64,000 nt of DNA from Thermoanaerobaculia bacterium (GTDB taxonomy: Bacteria; Acidobacteriota; Thermoanaerobaculia; Multivoradales; JAHEKO01), in the NCBI GenBank assembly GCA_041574955.1, contig JBFGNS010000001.1, positions 28,740 to 92,739 on the forward strand. The letters are read 5' to 3'. The notes beneath the pieces are model-generated. The model saw nothing but the letters and a program-made list of their open reading frames with translations. It made no database searches and was not told the origin of the DNA. Made by a program: the position numbers and the translations under genes. Shown one piece after another: positions 19,214-30,955 of this stretch (position 1 is its first letter; each line of letters begins with the position of its first letter).

Positions 19214-19290
19214 CCGGGTGCGCTGGGCGGTCGGGGCCCGGGGCTGCGCTCCAAAGGCGAGGGTGATGTCGCTCCGCCCCGGGCCCCCGC
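19214..19290. repeat. about 75-bp conserved element, copy A (inverted relative to copy B at 23152-23225)
   Basis: ctgcgctccaa(a/t)ggcgagggtgatgtcgctccgccc(c)gggcccccgc shared with reverse complement of 23152-23225; about 85% identity over about 75 bp. Confidence 0.8.
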
Positions 19291-19452
19291 GCGGTTGGCG
19301 CACCCTCCGGGGGGGTGGCTGAGGAGCGGCGGTCGCTTCGAGGGGCAGCGAGATCCGGGGCTACCTCCTGCTATGCTGACTTCGTTCCCTCAGCGATGGC
19401 CCGCGCTCCCCGGGCGAGTGCCTCGTCAGGCTGGAGGCGGGCGGCCGAGCCG

Positions 19453-21507
19453 ATGCCCGATCTGATCCCGTATCCCTTCCCGGCACTGGTCGAGCACATG
19501 CTCGACGGGCTCGAGCGGCAGGGCGAGATCTTCCATCTGCCGGCGGGCAAGTTCGTGCGCGGTCTGGACGGGCTGGACCTGTCGGTCGACTTCCACGGCC
19601 ACCCGGTGTCGAGCCCGCTGGGGCCCGCCGCCGGGCCGCAGACCCAGATGGCCCAGAACATCGTGCTCTCCTGGCTCGGCGGCTGCCGCGTGATGGAGCT
19701 CAAAACGGTCCAGATCCTCGACGAGCTGCACATCCCGCGGCCGTGCATCGATGTCCACCAGGTCGGCCTGAACGCCGAGTGGTCGCAGGAGCTCAAGCTC
19801 GAGGAGTCGCTCGAGGAGTACGTCAAGGGCGCCATGCTGGTCGAGATGCTGCGCTCGGGCGAGGTGGCGCCGGCGGCGGGGTTCGGCTCGGTGGTCTACG
19901 ACATGAGCGTCGGCTACGACCTGCACGGCATCCGCAGCCGGCGGGTGCTCGAGTTCATCGACGCCATGCGCGACGCGACGCCGATCGTCGACCGGCTGCG
20001 TCGCCAGATCCCCGACCGCTTCAAGCGGCTGCGCGACCTCGACTACCCGACGCGGCTGTCGGACAGCATCACCCTGAGCACCTTCCACGGCTGTCCGCCG
20101 GACGAGATCGAGAAGATCATGGAGTTTCTGTTGCGCGACCTCGGGGTGCACGCCATCGTCAAGTTCAACCCGATGCTGCTCGGACCCGAGCGGGCACGCT
20201 GGCTGCTGCACGACACCCTGGGCTACGACGATCTGGCGATCCCGGACTCGGCCTTCGAGCGCGACACCACGTGGCCGCAGGCGGTGGGTATCGTCGAGCG
20301 GCTGGGCGAGCTGGCCGCCGAGCTCGGGCTCGGCTTCGGCGCCAAGTTCAGCAACACCATGATCGTCGAGAACCGGCGCGGCTTCCTGGCCCCGGGGGTG
20401 GAGGAGGTCTACCTCTCCGGCCAGCCGCTGCACGTCCTGGCGGTGCATCTGGTGCGCCGCTTCCGCCGGGTGTTCGGCGACCGCTACCCGATCTCGTTCG
20501 CCGCCGGCGTCGACCGCGGCAACTTTCCCGACGCCGTGGCGCTCGGGCTGGTGCCGATCACCGTCTGCACCGACCTGCTGCGCAAGGGCGGCTACGGCCG
20601 GCTGCGCGGCTACCACTCCGAGCTGGCGCGGCGCATGCGCGAGCTGGGGGCCGCCAGCGTCGAGCAGTTCACACTGCTGGCCTACGGCGAGGCGGAGCCG
20701 GCGCTGGCCGCGCTCGATCCGACGCCGTCCGGCGAGCGGCTCGAGCGCTGCCGTCGTGCGCTGGCCGAGGGCGGCGATCTGCGGCAGGCGGCGGGCGACG
20801 AGCTGTTCGAGCGCTGGGTCTCGGCCGCGCGCCTGCGCAACACCGAGCGGTATGTCGACCAGGCCACCGCCGATCCACGCTACACGCGTGTCGGCGTCGA
20901 CCCGCCGCCCCGCAAGATCGGCAGCCACCTGGAGCTGTTCGACTGCGTGACCTGCGACATCTGCGTGCCGGTGTGCCCCAACGACGCCAACTTCACCTTC
21001 GGCAGCGAGCAGCGCCAGATCGCGGTGGCGCGCGCCGTGCCCGACGGCGGTGGCTGGCGGTGGCACCACGGCGAGCCGCTCGAGCTCGAGCGCCGCCACC
21101 AGATCGGCAACTTCTACGACTTCTGCAACGACTGCGGTAACTGCGACATCTTCTGCCCCGAGGACGGCGGCCCGTACGTCATCAAGCCGCGCTTCTTCGG
21201 CCACGAGGAGGCCTGGCGGCAGTTCCGGCATCTCGACGGTTTCGTGCTGGCGCGCGGCGGCGACGGCGACCGGGTGCTCGGCCGGTTCGGCGGGCGTGAG
21301 TTCCGGCTCGAGACGGCGGGTGGGAGGATACGCTACGCGGGGCCCGGCTTCGCCGTCGAGTTCGACGCCGGCTCGCCCGAGGAGACCTTGCGGGGCGAAG
21401 CGCGTGGCGAGGTCGACCTGACCTACTGCCACATCATGGACTACCTCAGGCGTTCCATCCTGGACTCGCCACAGGTAACCTACGTCGCCAGCCTGGCCGC
21501 GCGCTAG
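19453..21507 (+). CDS. Fe-S oxidoreductase with DHODH/DPD-like TIM-barrel region and 2x[4Fe-4S] ferredoxin motifs (possibly YgfK-N-terminal-like)
   Basis: FHGCPPDE...FNPML (DHODH-like), CVTCDICVPVCPND and CNDCGNCDIFCPEDGGP cluster motifs; embedded in the purine cluster. Confidence 0.5.
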   Translation: MPDLIPYPFPALVEHMLDGLERQGEIFHLPAGKFVRGLDGLDLSVDFHGHPVSSPLGPAAGPQTQMAQNIVLSWLGGCRVMELKTVQILDELHIPRPCIDVHQVGLNAEWSQELKLEESLEEYVKGAMLVEMLRSGEVAPAAGFGSVVYDMSVGYDLHGIRSRRVLEFIDAMRDATPIVDRLRRQIPDRFKRLRDLDYPTRLSDSITLSTFHGCPPDEIEKIMEFLLRDLGVHAIVKFNPMLLGPERARWLLHDTLGYDDLAIPDSAFERDTTWPQAVGIVERLGELAAELGLGFGAKFSNTMIVENRRGFLAPGVEEVYLSGQPLHVLAVHLVRRFRRVFGDRYPISFAAGVDRGNFPDAVALGLVPITVCTDLLRKGGYGRLRGYHSELARRMRELGAASVEQFTLLAYGEAEPALAALDPTPSGERLERCRRALAEGGDLRQAAGDELFERWVSAARLRNTERYVDQATADPRYTRVGVDPPPRKIGSHLELFDCVTCDICVPVCPNDANFTFGSEQRQIAVARAVPDGGGWRWHHGEPLELERRHQIGNFYDFCNDCGNCDIFCPEDGGPYVIKPRFFGHEEAWRQFRHLDGFVLARGGDGDRVLGRFGGREFRLETAGGRIRYAGPGFAVEFDAGSPEETLRGEARGEVDLTYCHIMDYLRRSILDSPQVTYVASLAAR

Positions 21508-21578
21508 GCGCCTTGCGAGGACGGGCCGGCAGGCGGGCGCACGGCGCCCGGCGCGGCCGCGAAAGGAGACTAGCGTTG

Positions 21579-23096
21579 GACGACAAGATCCGGGAGCTGG
21601 CCGACGGCTCGACAGCGCTGGCGGTCGAGATCCTGCGCGAGGCGATCCGGCTGCCGGCCGACTACGTCGAGCGCGCGCTGGAGGACGGCGGCGATCCGGC
21701 TTGCGGCCTGTCGAACCACGAGAAGCCACGGCTCGAGTACCTGCGCCGCACGATCGTCGAGATCGGCGCCGTCGACCGGCCCGAGGACGTCGGCTACGAC
21801 GCATTCGGCAACCTGCGCTGGACGGTCGAGGACCCGGCCGACGGCGTTGCCGATTCCGACAAGACGGTGGTCTACCTCGACGGCCATACCGACACCGTCA
21901 AGGCGCTGCGTCCACGGTGGCACGAGACGATCGGCGGCGGCATCGACGCTTACGACGGGCTGACGGACCCGCGGTGCGTGGACCGCGAGTTCCTGCGCCG
22001 TGAGCTCGGCTACCTGCCGCCGGACGACGAGTGGCGGCACCTGGTGTGGGGACGCGGCGCGGCCGACCAGCTCGCCGGCGTCGTCTGCCAGATGCTGGCC
22101 ACCCGGCTGCTGCGCGAGCTGCGGGCCGAAGGCGCGCTGGCCGGGGTGGCGGTGCGCAGCTACGCCACCGTCGCCGAGGAGGACAACGACGGTGGCGGGC
22201 CGATGCACCTGATGCGCCGCCAGCTGCCGGCGGCGCCGCCGGCGCTGCTGCCCGACGTCTTCCTGCTGAGCGAGCCCACCGGGTCGGCGAGCGAGGGCGC
22301 GCTGGGGATCTACCGCGGGCAGCGCGGTCGGATGCAGATCGAGGTCGAGGTCACCGGCAAGAGCTGCCACGGCTCGATGCCGTGGGAGGGGCGCAACCCG
22401 CTCGAGCACGGGGCGTCGATCCTGGCCGAGGCCGCCGCCTACGCCGCCGGCGACGGCTTCGCGCGCGACGAGTTCCTCGGGCCCGGTACCCGTACCGCCA
22501 GCTGGGCGGTGCTGGAGACCCCGTCCGACTGCGCGGTGCCCGAGCGGTTCACCTTCCGCTTCGACCGCCGGTTGACCACCGGCGAGGATCCCGAGCGGGC
22601 GCTGGCCGACGTCGAGCAGCTGCCGGCGGTCGAGCGGGCGCGGCAGGACGGCCTGGTGGTGGAGGTGCGGGCGCCGCTCTACGACGAGCCCACCTGGTGC
22701 GGCCAGCGACCCGGCAACCCGCAGATCTACCCCGGCTGGGTGACCCCCGCCGAGCACCCGGCGATCGCGGCGGCGCTCGAGACCTACCGCCGGGTGGTGA
22801 CCCCCGGCGTGGCGCGCGACGCGCCGGCCGGTGGCATGCGGCGCGAGCCGCGGCTGTCACGCTGGACCTTCTCGACCGACGGCGTCGGCGTGCCGGTGGA
22901 GCAGGGCTCGCTGGCGGTGCCGGAGGAGAAGAACTGGGTGACGGCCGGCCGTTTCACCCATCCCGCGATGTTCGGCTTCGGTCCCGGCATCGAGCAGAAC
23001 ACGCACAAGATCGGCGAGTGCGTCGACGGCCGCGAGCTGGCGCCGGTGATCGCGTTCTACGCGCGCTATCCGAGCCTGTACCGGGGGTGGAGGTAG
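21579..23096 (+). CDS. M20 family peptidase (YgeY-like)
   Basis: LDGHTDTVK (HxDTV M20 motif); TTG start with AAAGGAG 7 nt upstream; cluster context. Confidence 0.65.
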   Translation, partial: DDKIRELADGSTALAVEILREAIRLPADYVERALEDGGDPACGLSNHEKPRLEYLRRTIVEIGAVDRPEDVGYDAFGNLRWTVEDPADGVADSDKTVVYLDGHTDTVKALRPRWHETIGGGIDAYDGLTDPRCVDREFLRRELGYLPPDDEWRHLVWGRGAADQLAGVVCQMLATRLLRELRAEGALAGVAVRSYATVAEEDNDGGGPMHLMRRQLPAAPPALLPDVFLLSEPTGSASEGALGIYRGQRGRMQIEVEVTGKSCHGSMPWEGRNPLEHGASILAEAAAYAAGDGFARDEFLGPGTRTASWAVLETPSDCAVPERFTFRFDRRLTTGEDPERALADVEQLPAVERARQDGLVVEVRAPLYDEPTWCGQRPGNPQIYPGWVTPAEHPAIAAALETYRRVVTPGVARDAPAGGMRREPRLSRWTFSTDGVGVPVEQGSLAVPEEKNWVTAGRFTHPAMFGFGPGIEQNTHKIGECVDGRELAPVIAFYARYPSLYRGWR

Positions 23097-23151
23097 AAGG
23101 GCTGGGGGTCTTGTGGGCTCGGAGCAGTTCGCCGGGAGGGAGCGGCGGCCG

Positions 23152-23225
23152 GCGGGGGCCCGGGCGGAGCGACATCACCCTCGCCATTGGAGCGCAGCCG
23201 GGGCCACCGCTGGCCTAGCGACCGG
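23152..23225. repeat. about 75-bp conserved element, copy B (inverted copy of 19214-19290)
   Basis: Reverse complement aligns to copy A; lies between convergent M20 and deaminase genes. Confidence 0.8.
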
Positions 23226-23385
23226 GCTCTACTCCAAAGCACCTGCTACGCCTCTCACACCGTCAGTGCCAGCGCGGAGTCTGCTTGGCTTGGGGACCTG
23301 AGGGCCAGTCCCGCCATCGCGAGGGAGCCCGGAACCAGCTCTGCCGCGAGTGCCGCGCTCTGGCGCGCGCGAGCTCCCGTCGGCC

Positions 23386-23982
23386 TCATGGCAGCGGGAT
23401 CTGGCCGGCGGGCTTGACTGCCTGGTAGCGCGCCGACAGGTCGGCGTATATCGCCTCGATGCGGCGGACCTTCTCGCGCAGCGGATCGGCCCTGTCGCCG
23501 GGCAGGGCGGCGATCTCGGCGCGCAGGTCGTGTGCCTGCCAGTACGCATTGCGCCGCCGGTAGCGGCCCTCCGGCAGGTCGAACACCTGGGCCAGGATGC
23601 GCAGGTCGTGCGGGATGGCGAAGCGGTCTCGCGAGTCCTCGTAGCCGAACAGGTAGTGGAAGTTGTCGAAGCCGGACCAGGTGATGGCCGAAAGGCACAG
23701 CGAGCACGGCTCGTGCGAGGCGAGAAAGAGGCAGTCGCCGGGAGCCGGACGCTCGGCCGCGGGCAGCCGCCACAGCCGGCGCACCGCCTCCACCTCGCCG
23801 TGCCACAGCGGGCAGTCGGTCTCCTGGTTGGTGGCGGCGATCACCAGCGACAGGTCGCTCTTGCGCAGCACCGCGGCGCCGAAGATCTTGTTGCCGGCGT
23901 CGACACCCTCGACGGTCAGCGGCACGACGTCGTGCTCTAGGACCTCGAGCAGGCGGGCGATCCGCTCGCTGTCCGTCGGCAT
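23386..23982 (-). CDS. CDA-fold nucleotide/nucleobase deaminase (candidate guanine deaminase)
   Basis: HGEVEA (H-x-E) and PCSLC (PCxxC) zinc-binding motifs of cytidine/deoxycytidylate deaminase superfamily; 198 aa; start MPTDSERIARL. Confidence 0.65.
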   Translation of the reverse strand: MPTDSERIARLLEVLEHDVVPLTVEGVDAGNKIFGAAVLRKSDLSLVIAATNQETDCPLWHGEVEAVRRLWRLPAAERPAPGDCLFLASHEPCSLCLSAITWSGFDNFHYLFGYEDSRDRFAIPHDLRILAQVFDLPEGRYRRRNAYWQAHDLRAEIAALPGDRADPLREKVRRIEAIYADLSARYQAVKPAGQIPLP

Positions 23983-23986
23983 CGGA

Positions 23987-25210
23987 TCAGCCGGGCGCCA
24001 GCGCCGCCATCCGCCGCCACAGGCGCGGCGCCTGGCGCTCGGCCTCGGCGCGGATCTCCTCGAGGTCGGCGGTGAGCAGCCGGCGGTCTGCCACCACCAC
24101 CCGGCCGTCGACCACCACGTGCCGCGCGCCGCCGTCGTCGGCCGCCACCGCGTCGGCCAGCGCACCCGGCGCCAGCGGCGCCAGCTGGCCGCCCAGCCGC
24201 TCGCCCGCCAGCAGGTGGCCGCCGGCCAGGCGTGGCGCCACCTCCGCCGCCGGCTGACCGTGGTCGGCGGCCTCGTCGAACAGCGCCGCCGCCTCCTCGT
24301 CGAGCCGCGACGGATAGCCGTCGGTGCCGAGAGCCACCCGCGGGCTGGCGGCGAGGGCGGCGGCGTATCCCACCCGGTTGCCGCGGTTCGAGCGCGGGTT
24401 GTGGACGAACCACAGGCCGCGCTCGGCCGCCAGCTCGACCTGCTCGCGGCTGCAATGCACGCCGTGCGCCAGGATCGAGCCGGGCGGCAGCGCGCCGAGC
24501 TGGAGCAGCCGCTCGAGCGGGCCGGCCCAGCCGCGCTCGCGGGCGTCCGCGACGTCGGCGCCGTCCTCGGCGACGTGAACGTGCTGCACCGTGCCGAGCT
24601 CGCGACACAGCTCGCCGGCCTCGCGCACGGTGTCGTCGGACACCGTGAACGAGGCGTGCAGGCCGACCACACCACGCACCAGCGGCCGCCGGTTGCCGGT
24701 GATGAAGCGGCGGCACTCGGCCAGCCCGCGGCGGGCCTCCGCGCGGCCGCCGTTGCGTTCGGTGGCGCCGAAGGTGAGCACCGCCCGGATCCCCACCTCC
24801 TGGCAGGCGTCGGCCAGGATGTCGAGCGAGCCCTCGATGAGCGCCGGCGACTCGTGGTGGTCGACCAGGGTGGTGACGCCGGCGAGCAGCGACTCGGCGG
24901 CGTAGTAGCGCGCCGAGGCGCGCAAGCTGGCCTCGTCGAGCGCCCGGTCGAGGCGCCACCAGACCCGCTCGAGGATCTCGAGGAAGCTGCGGGGCGGCGG
25001 CTCGGCGGCGGGCATGCCGAGCGGAGCCAGGCCGCTGTAGATGTGGGTGTGGGCGTTGACGCCGCCGGGGACGATGCGGCAGCCGCCGCAGTCGAGCTCG
25101 CCGGCGGCACCGTGCGCCGCGCCGAACGCCGTGACCCGACCGCCGGCCGCGGTCAGCACCGCGCCGTCGCGGTCGGGACCGAGCACCAGCGCCGCCGAAC
25201 CGGCCGCCAT
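23987..25210 (-). CDS. ssnA: SsnA-like amidohydrolase (metal-dependent hydrolase)
   Basis: [18 protein letters not shown], amidohydrolase fold pattern; start [11 protein letters not shown]; 4-bp gap to deaminase. Confidence 0.65.
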   Translation of the reverse strand: MAAGSAALVLGPDRDGAVLTAAGGRVTAFGAAHGAAGELDCGGCRIVPGGVNAHTHIYSGLAPLGMPAAEPPPRSFLEILERVWWRLDRALDEASLRASARYYAAESLLAGVTTLVDHHESPALIEGSLDILADACQEVGIRAVLTFGATERNGGRAEARRGLAECRRFITGNRRPLVRGVVGLHASFTVSDDTVREAGELCRELGTVQHVHVAEDGADVADARERGWAGPLERLLQLGALPPGSILAHGVHCSREQVELAAERGLWFVHNPRSNRGNRVGYAAALAASPRVALGTDGYPSRLDEEAAALFDEAADHGQPAAEVAPRLAGGHLLAGERLGGQLAPLAPGALADAVAADDGGARHVVVDGRVVVADRRLLTADLEEIRAEAERQAPRLWRRMAALAPG

Positions 25211-25212
25211 GG

Positions 25213-27837
<2,625 letters not shown>

Positions 27838-28180
27838 CTGGAACCTCCTGGCTGGCCGGGGACAGGCCCGGCGATGGCTACCGGCTCGACCGTGCGGCCG
27901 GAGCATGGTGGCTGCCGGGGGTCGGCGGCCCTGCTTCGGAGCTCCGGGGTCGCCCCGTGCGAGCAGCGGCAAAAAGGACGCATTGATTCTATCAGGTGGC
28001 GGGCCGAGGCCGCCCGCGGCGAGTCAAACCGCGCCGCTTCAGGAGGTTACGCCGAGGGGCGGAATCCGTCTCGCGGATCGGCTACAATCCGGGCGTCTCA
28101 AGACCATCGCTTTCAGCGGGGGCGCCGGAGTCGCCGGGTCGGTCGCGCCGGTGCAGTTCCGCAGGCTGAAGGGAGGCGCC

Positions 28181-29704
28181 ATGTCCGAAGCAGGCTCGTC
28201 GACCACCGGTCACGTGCAGCCGATCTACGCGATCGAAGACCGCCCGCCGCCGGGTCGCGCCTTCGTTCTCGGCGCGCAGCACGTGCTGACGATGTTCGGC
28301 GCGACGGTCAGCGTGCCGCTGCTGTTCGGTCCGGTGATGGGGATGAGCGCGGCCGAGACCGCGCGGCTGATCTCGGCGGTGATGCTGTGCTCCGGACTGG
28401 CGACGCTGGTCCAGACCACCATCGGCTCGCGGCTGCCGATCGTGCAGGGCGTGTCGTTCTCGTTCCTGGCCGCCTTCTTCCTGATCATCAGCGAGGTCGG
28501 CCAGGAGGCGGCGGCGGCGGGAGTGGCGGTCGGGCCGCTGGCGATGCAGTACATCGCCGGCGCGATCATCGCCGGCTCGCTGATCGAGATCCTGATCGGC
28601 TTCAGCGGGCTGGTCGGGGTGCTGCGCAAGGCGCTGTCGCCGGTGGTCATCGGACCGGTCATCATGCTGATCGGCCTTGCGCTGTTCCAGCACGGCGCGC
28701 CCAAGGCCGGCACCCACTGGCCGATCTCGAGCCTGACCATCGTGCTGATCGTCGTCTTCTCGCTGGTGCTGGCCCGCAAGCACAGGTTCTTCAGGCTGTT
28801 CCCGATCCTCACCGCGGTGATCGCGGTGACCACGGTCTGTTTCGTGCTCACAAAGACCGGCGCGTTCCCGGCCGGGCACCCCTCCCACGTCAGCCTGGAG
28901 GCGGTCGAGCAGTCGAGCTGGGTGCGGCTGTCGCCCGGCGAGCTGTTCTTCCCGTGGGGCGCGCCGAAGTTCAAGCTGGGGTTCTTCCTCGCCATCCTGG
29001 CCGCCTACCTGGCGTCGATGATCGAGTCGATCGGCGACTATCACGCCGCTTCGTACATGGCGGGCGGCGGCGACCCGACGCCCCGCCAGCTCAACCGGGG
29101 GATCGGCTCGGAGGGCATCGGCTGCCTGCTGACCGGCGTGTTCGGCGGCTTCGCCTCGACCTCCTACTCCGAGAACATCGGCCTGATCGGCCTCACCAAG
29201 GTGGGCTCGCGCTGGGTGGTCCAGGTGGGAGCTCTGCTGCTGGTTGCGCTCGGTATCTTCGGCAAGTTCGGCGGCTTCGCCGCCGCCATCCCCGGCCCGG
29301 TGGTGGGCGGGCTGTACTGCGCGCTGTTCGGCCTGATCGCGGCGATCGGGGTCCAGCAGCTGGCCAAGGCGGACCTGTCGAGCGACCGCAACCTGTTCAT
29401 CGCCGGCTTCTCGCTGTTCATGGGCCTGTCGGTGCCCGCCTACTTCGCCGCCCGCGCCAGCGCCGACCTGCTGGGACCTGGGCAGACCCTGGCGATGTAC
29501 ACGCCGAGCGCCGAGAGCCTGCTGGCGAGCCTGCCGGCGACCCTCGGCGGGGTGCTCACCTCGATCGGCTCGACCGGCATGGCGGTGGCCGCGGTCTTCG
29601 GCATCCTGCTCGACAACCTGATACCGGGCAGCCCGGAGGAGCGCGGTCTGGGGCCCAGCACGCTGGTGCCCGAGGGCGGCGACATCGGGGTGGGGGGGGA
29701 GTGA
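28181..29704 (+). CDS. NCS2 nucleobase:cation symporter (xanthine/uracil/urate permease)
   Basis: QHVLTMFGATVSVPLL signature; GGGAGG SD before ATG 28181. Confidence 0.8.
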   Translation: MSEAGSSTTGHVQPIYAIEDRPPPGRAFVLGAQHVLTMFGATVSVPLLFGPVMGMSAAETARLISAVMLCSGLATLVQTTIGSRLPIVQGVSFSFLAAFFLIISEVGQEAAAAGVAVGPLAMQYIAGAIIAGSLIEILIGFSGLVGVLRKALSPVVIGPVIMLIGLALFQHGAPKAGTHWPISSLTIVLIVVFSLVLARKHRFFRLFPILTAVIAVTTVCFVLTKTGAFPAGHPSHVSLEAVEQSSWVRLSPGELFFPWGAPKFKLGFFLAILAAYLASMIESIGDYHAASYMAGGGDPTPRQLNRGIGSEGIGCLLTGVFGGFASTSYSENIGLIGLTKVGSRWVVQVGALLLVALGIFGKFGGFAAAIPGPVVGGLYCALFGLIAAIGVQQLAKADLSSDRNLFIAGFSLFMGLSVPAYFAARASADLLGPGQTLAMYTPSAESLLASLPATLGGVLTSIGSTGMAVAAVFGILLDNLIPGSPEERGLGPSTLVPEGGDIGVGGE

Positions 29705-29772
29705 AGCCGACCGGCGGCGGCCGGCGGCGGAGCCAGAAGAGCTTTCCAAGGTTCACGAAAGGAGTGTTACGG

Positions 29773-30903
29773 ATGTTCACTGAATCGAGATCCAAGTTCC
29801 TGGCGACGGCTCTCTGCCTGGGCGCCGTCGGCGGCCTGCTGTTGATCGGCTGTGGCGGTGGCGAGGAGCCGGCCGCGCCGGCGGGCGGCGAGCAGGAGGC
29901 GGGTGGCGTTGCGGTCAAGGCGGCGTTCGTCTACGTCAGCCCGGTGGGCGACGCCGGCTGGACGCTGGCGCACGACAAGGGGCGCCAGGCCATCGACGAG
30001 CTGCCGTACGTCGAGACGGCCTACACCGAGGCGGTGCCCGAGGGCGCCGAGGCCGAACGCACCATCCGGCAGTACGTACGCGGCGGCTACAACCTGATCT
30101 TCACCACCAGCTTCGGCTACATGGATCCGACGATCAACGTGGCGGCGTCGAGCCCGGACGTGGTCTTCATGCACTGCTCCGGGTTCAAGACGGCGGACAA
30201 CGTCGGGACCTACTTCGGGCGGATGTACCAGCCGCGCTACCTGTCGGGCATGGTGGCCGGGATGATGAGCAAGTCCGGCAAGCTCGGCTACGTCGCGGCC
30301 CACCCGATCCCGGAGGTGATCCGCGGCATCAACGCCTTCGCGCTCGGCGCGCGGTCGGTGAACCCCAAGACCAAGGTGCACGTGGTCTGGACCCAGACCT
30401 GGTACGACCCGGCGAAGGAGCGCGAGGCGGCGGAGAGCCTGCTCGACATCGGTGCCGACGTCATCGCGCAGCACCAGGACACGCCGGCTCCGCAGCAGGC
30501 GGCGGAGAAGCGCGGCAACTACAGCATCGGCTACAACTCCGACATGACGAGCTTTGCCCCCGCCGCCCACCTGACGGCGCCGGTCTGGAACTGGGCGGTG
30601 GTCTATAAGCGGGTGGCCGAGGAGGTGCACAACGGCACCTGGACCTCGTCTCAGTACTGGGGCGGCATGGAGGACGGCGTGGTGGGTCTGGCGCCATACA
30701 GCGACCTGGTGCCGCAAGAGGTGCGCGATGCGGTCGAGGCCAAGAAGGCCGAGATCGTGGCCGGCTCGTGGGACGTCTTCACCGGCCCGATCAACAACCA
30801 GGCCGGCGAGCCCTGGGTGGCGGCCGGCGAGCGTATGTCGGACCAGGACATGCTGGGCATGACCGCCTTCGTCGAGGGCGTGGTGGGCACCATCCCGCAG
30901 TAG
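29773..30903 (+). CDS. BMP family (Med/PnrA-like) ABC transporter substrate-binding lipoprotein, nucleoside-binding
   Basis: Lipobox LLLIGC; BMP fold pattern (AAFVYVSPVGDAGW...); AAAGGAG SD. Confidence 0.7.
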   Translation: MFTESRSKFLATALCLGAVGGLLLIGCGGGEEPAAPAGGEQEAGGVAVKAAFVYVSPVGDAGWTLAHDKGRQAIDELPYVETAYTEAVPEGAEAERTIRQYVRGGYNLIFTTSFGYMDPTINVAASSPDVVFMHCSGFKTADNVGTYFGRMYQPRYLSGMVAGMMSKSGKLGYVAAHPIPEVIRGINAFALGARSVNPKTKVHVVWTQTWYDPAKEREAAESLLDIGADVIAQHQDTPAPQQAAEKRGNYSIGYNSDMTSFAPAAHLTAPVWNWAVVYKRVAEEVHNGTWTSSQYWGGMEDGVVGLAPYSDLVPQEVRDAVEAKKAEIVAGSWDVFTGPINNQAGEPWVAAGERMSDQDMLGMTAFVEGVVGTIPQ

Positions 30904-30955
30904 ATCCACCGGCGACGGTCCGGCGGCGGACGCCGCCGGACCGGGTTCGAGGCCC

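Noticed and set aside
23386-25110. 574-aa minus ORF
   Set aside because: Only the C-terminal 198 aa (from ATG 23982) form a coherent CDA-fold protein; the upstream 376 aa overlap ssnA in another frame
27838-28180. Purine riboswitch upstream of NCS2 permeases and xdh genes
   Set aside because: Conserved purine-riboswitch core (UAUA...GUUUCUACC...CCGUAAAU) not found here or in the 19163-19452 and 17756-17845 leaders
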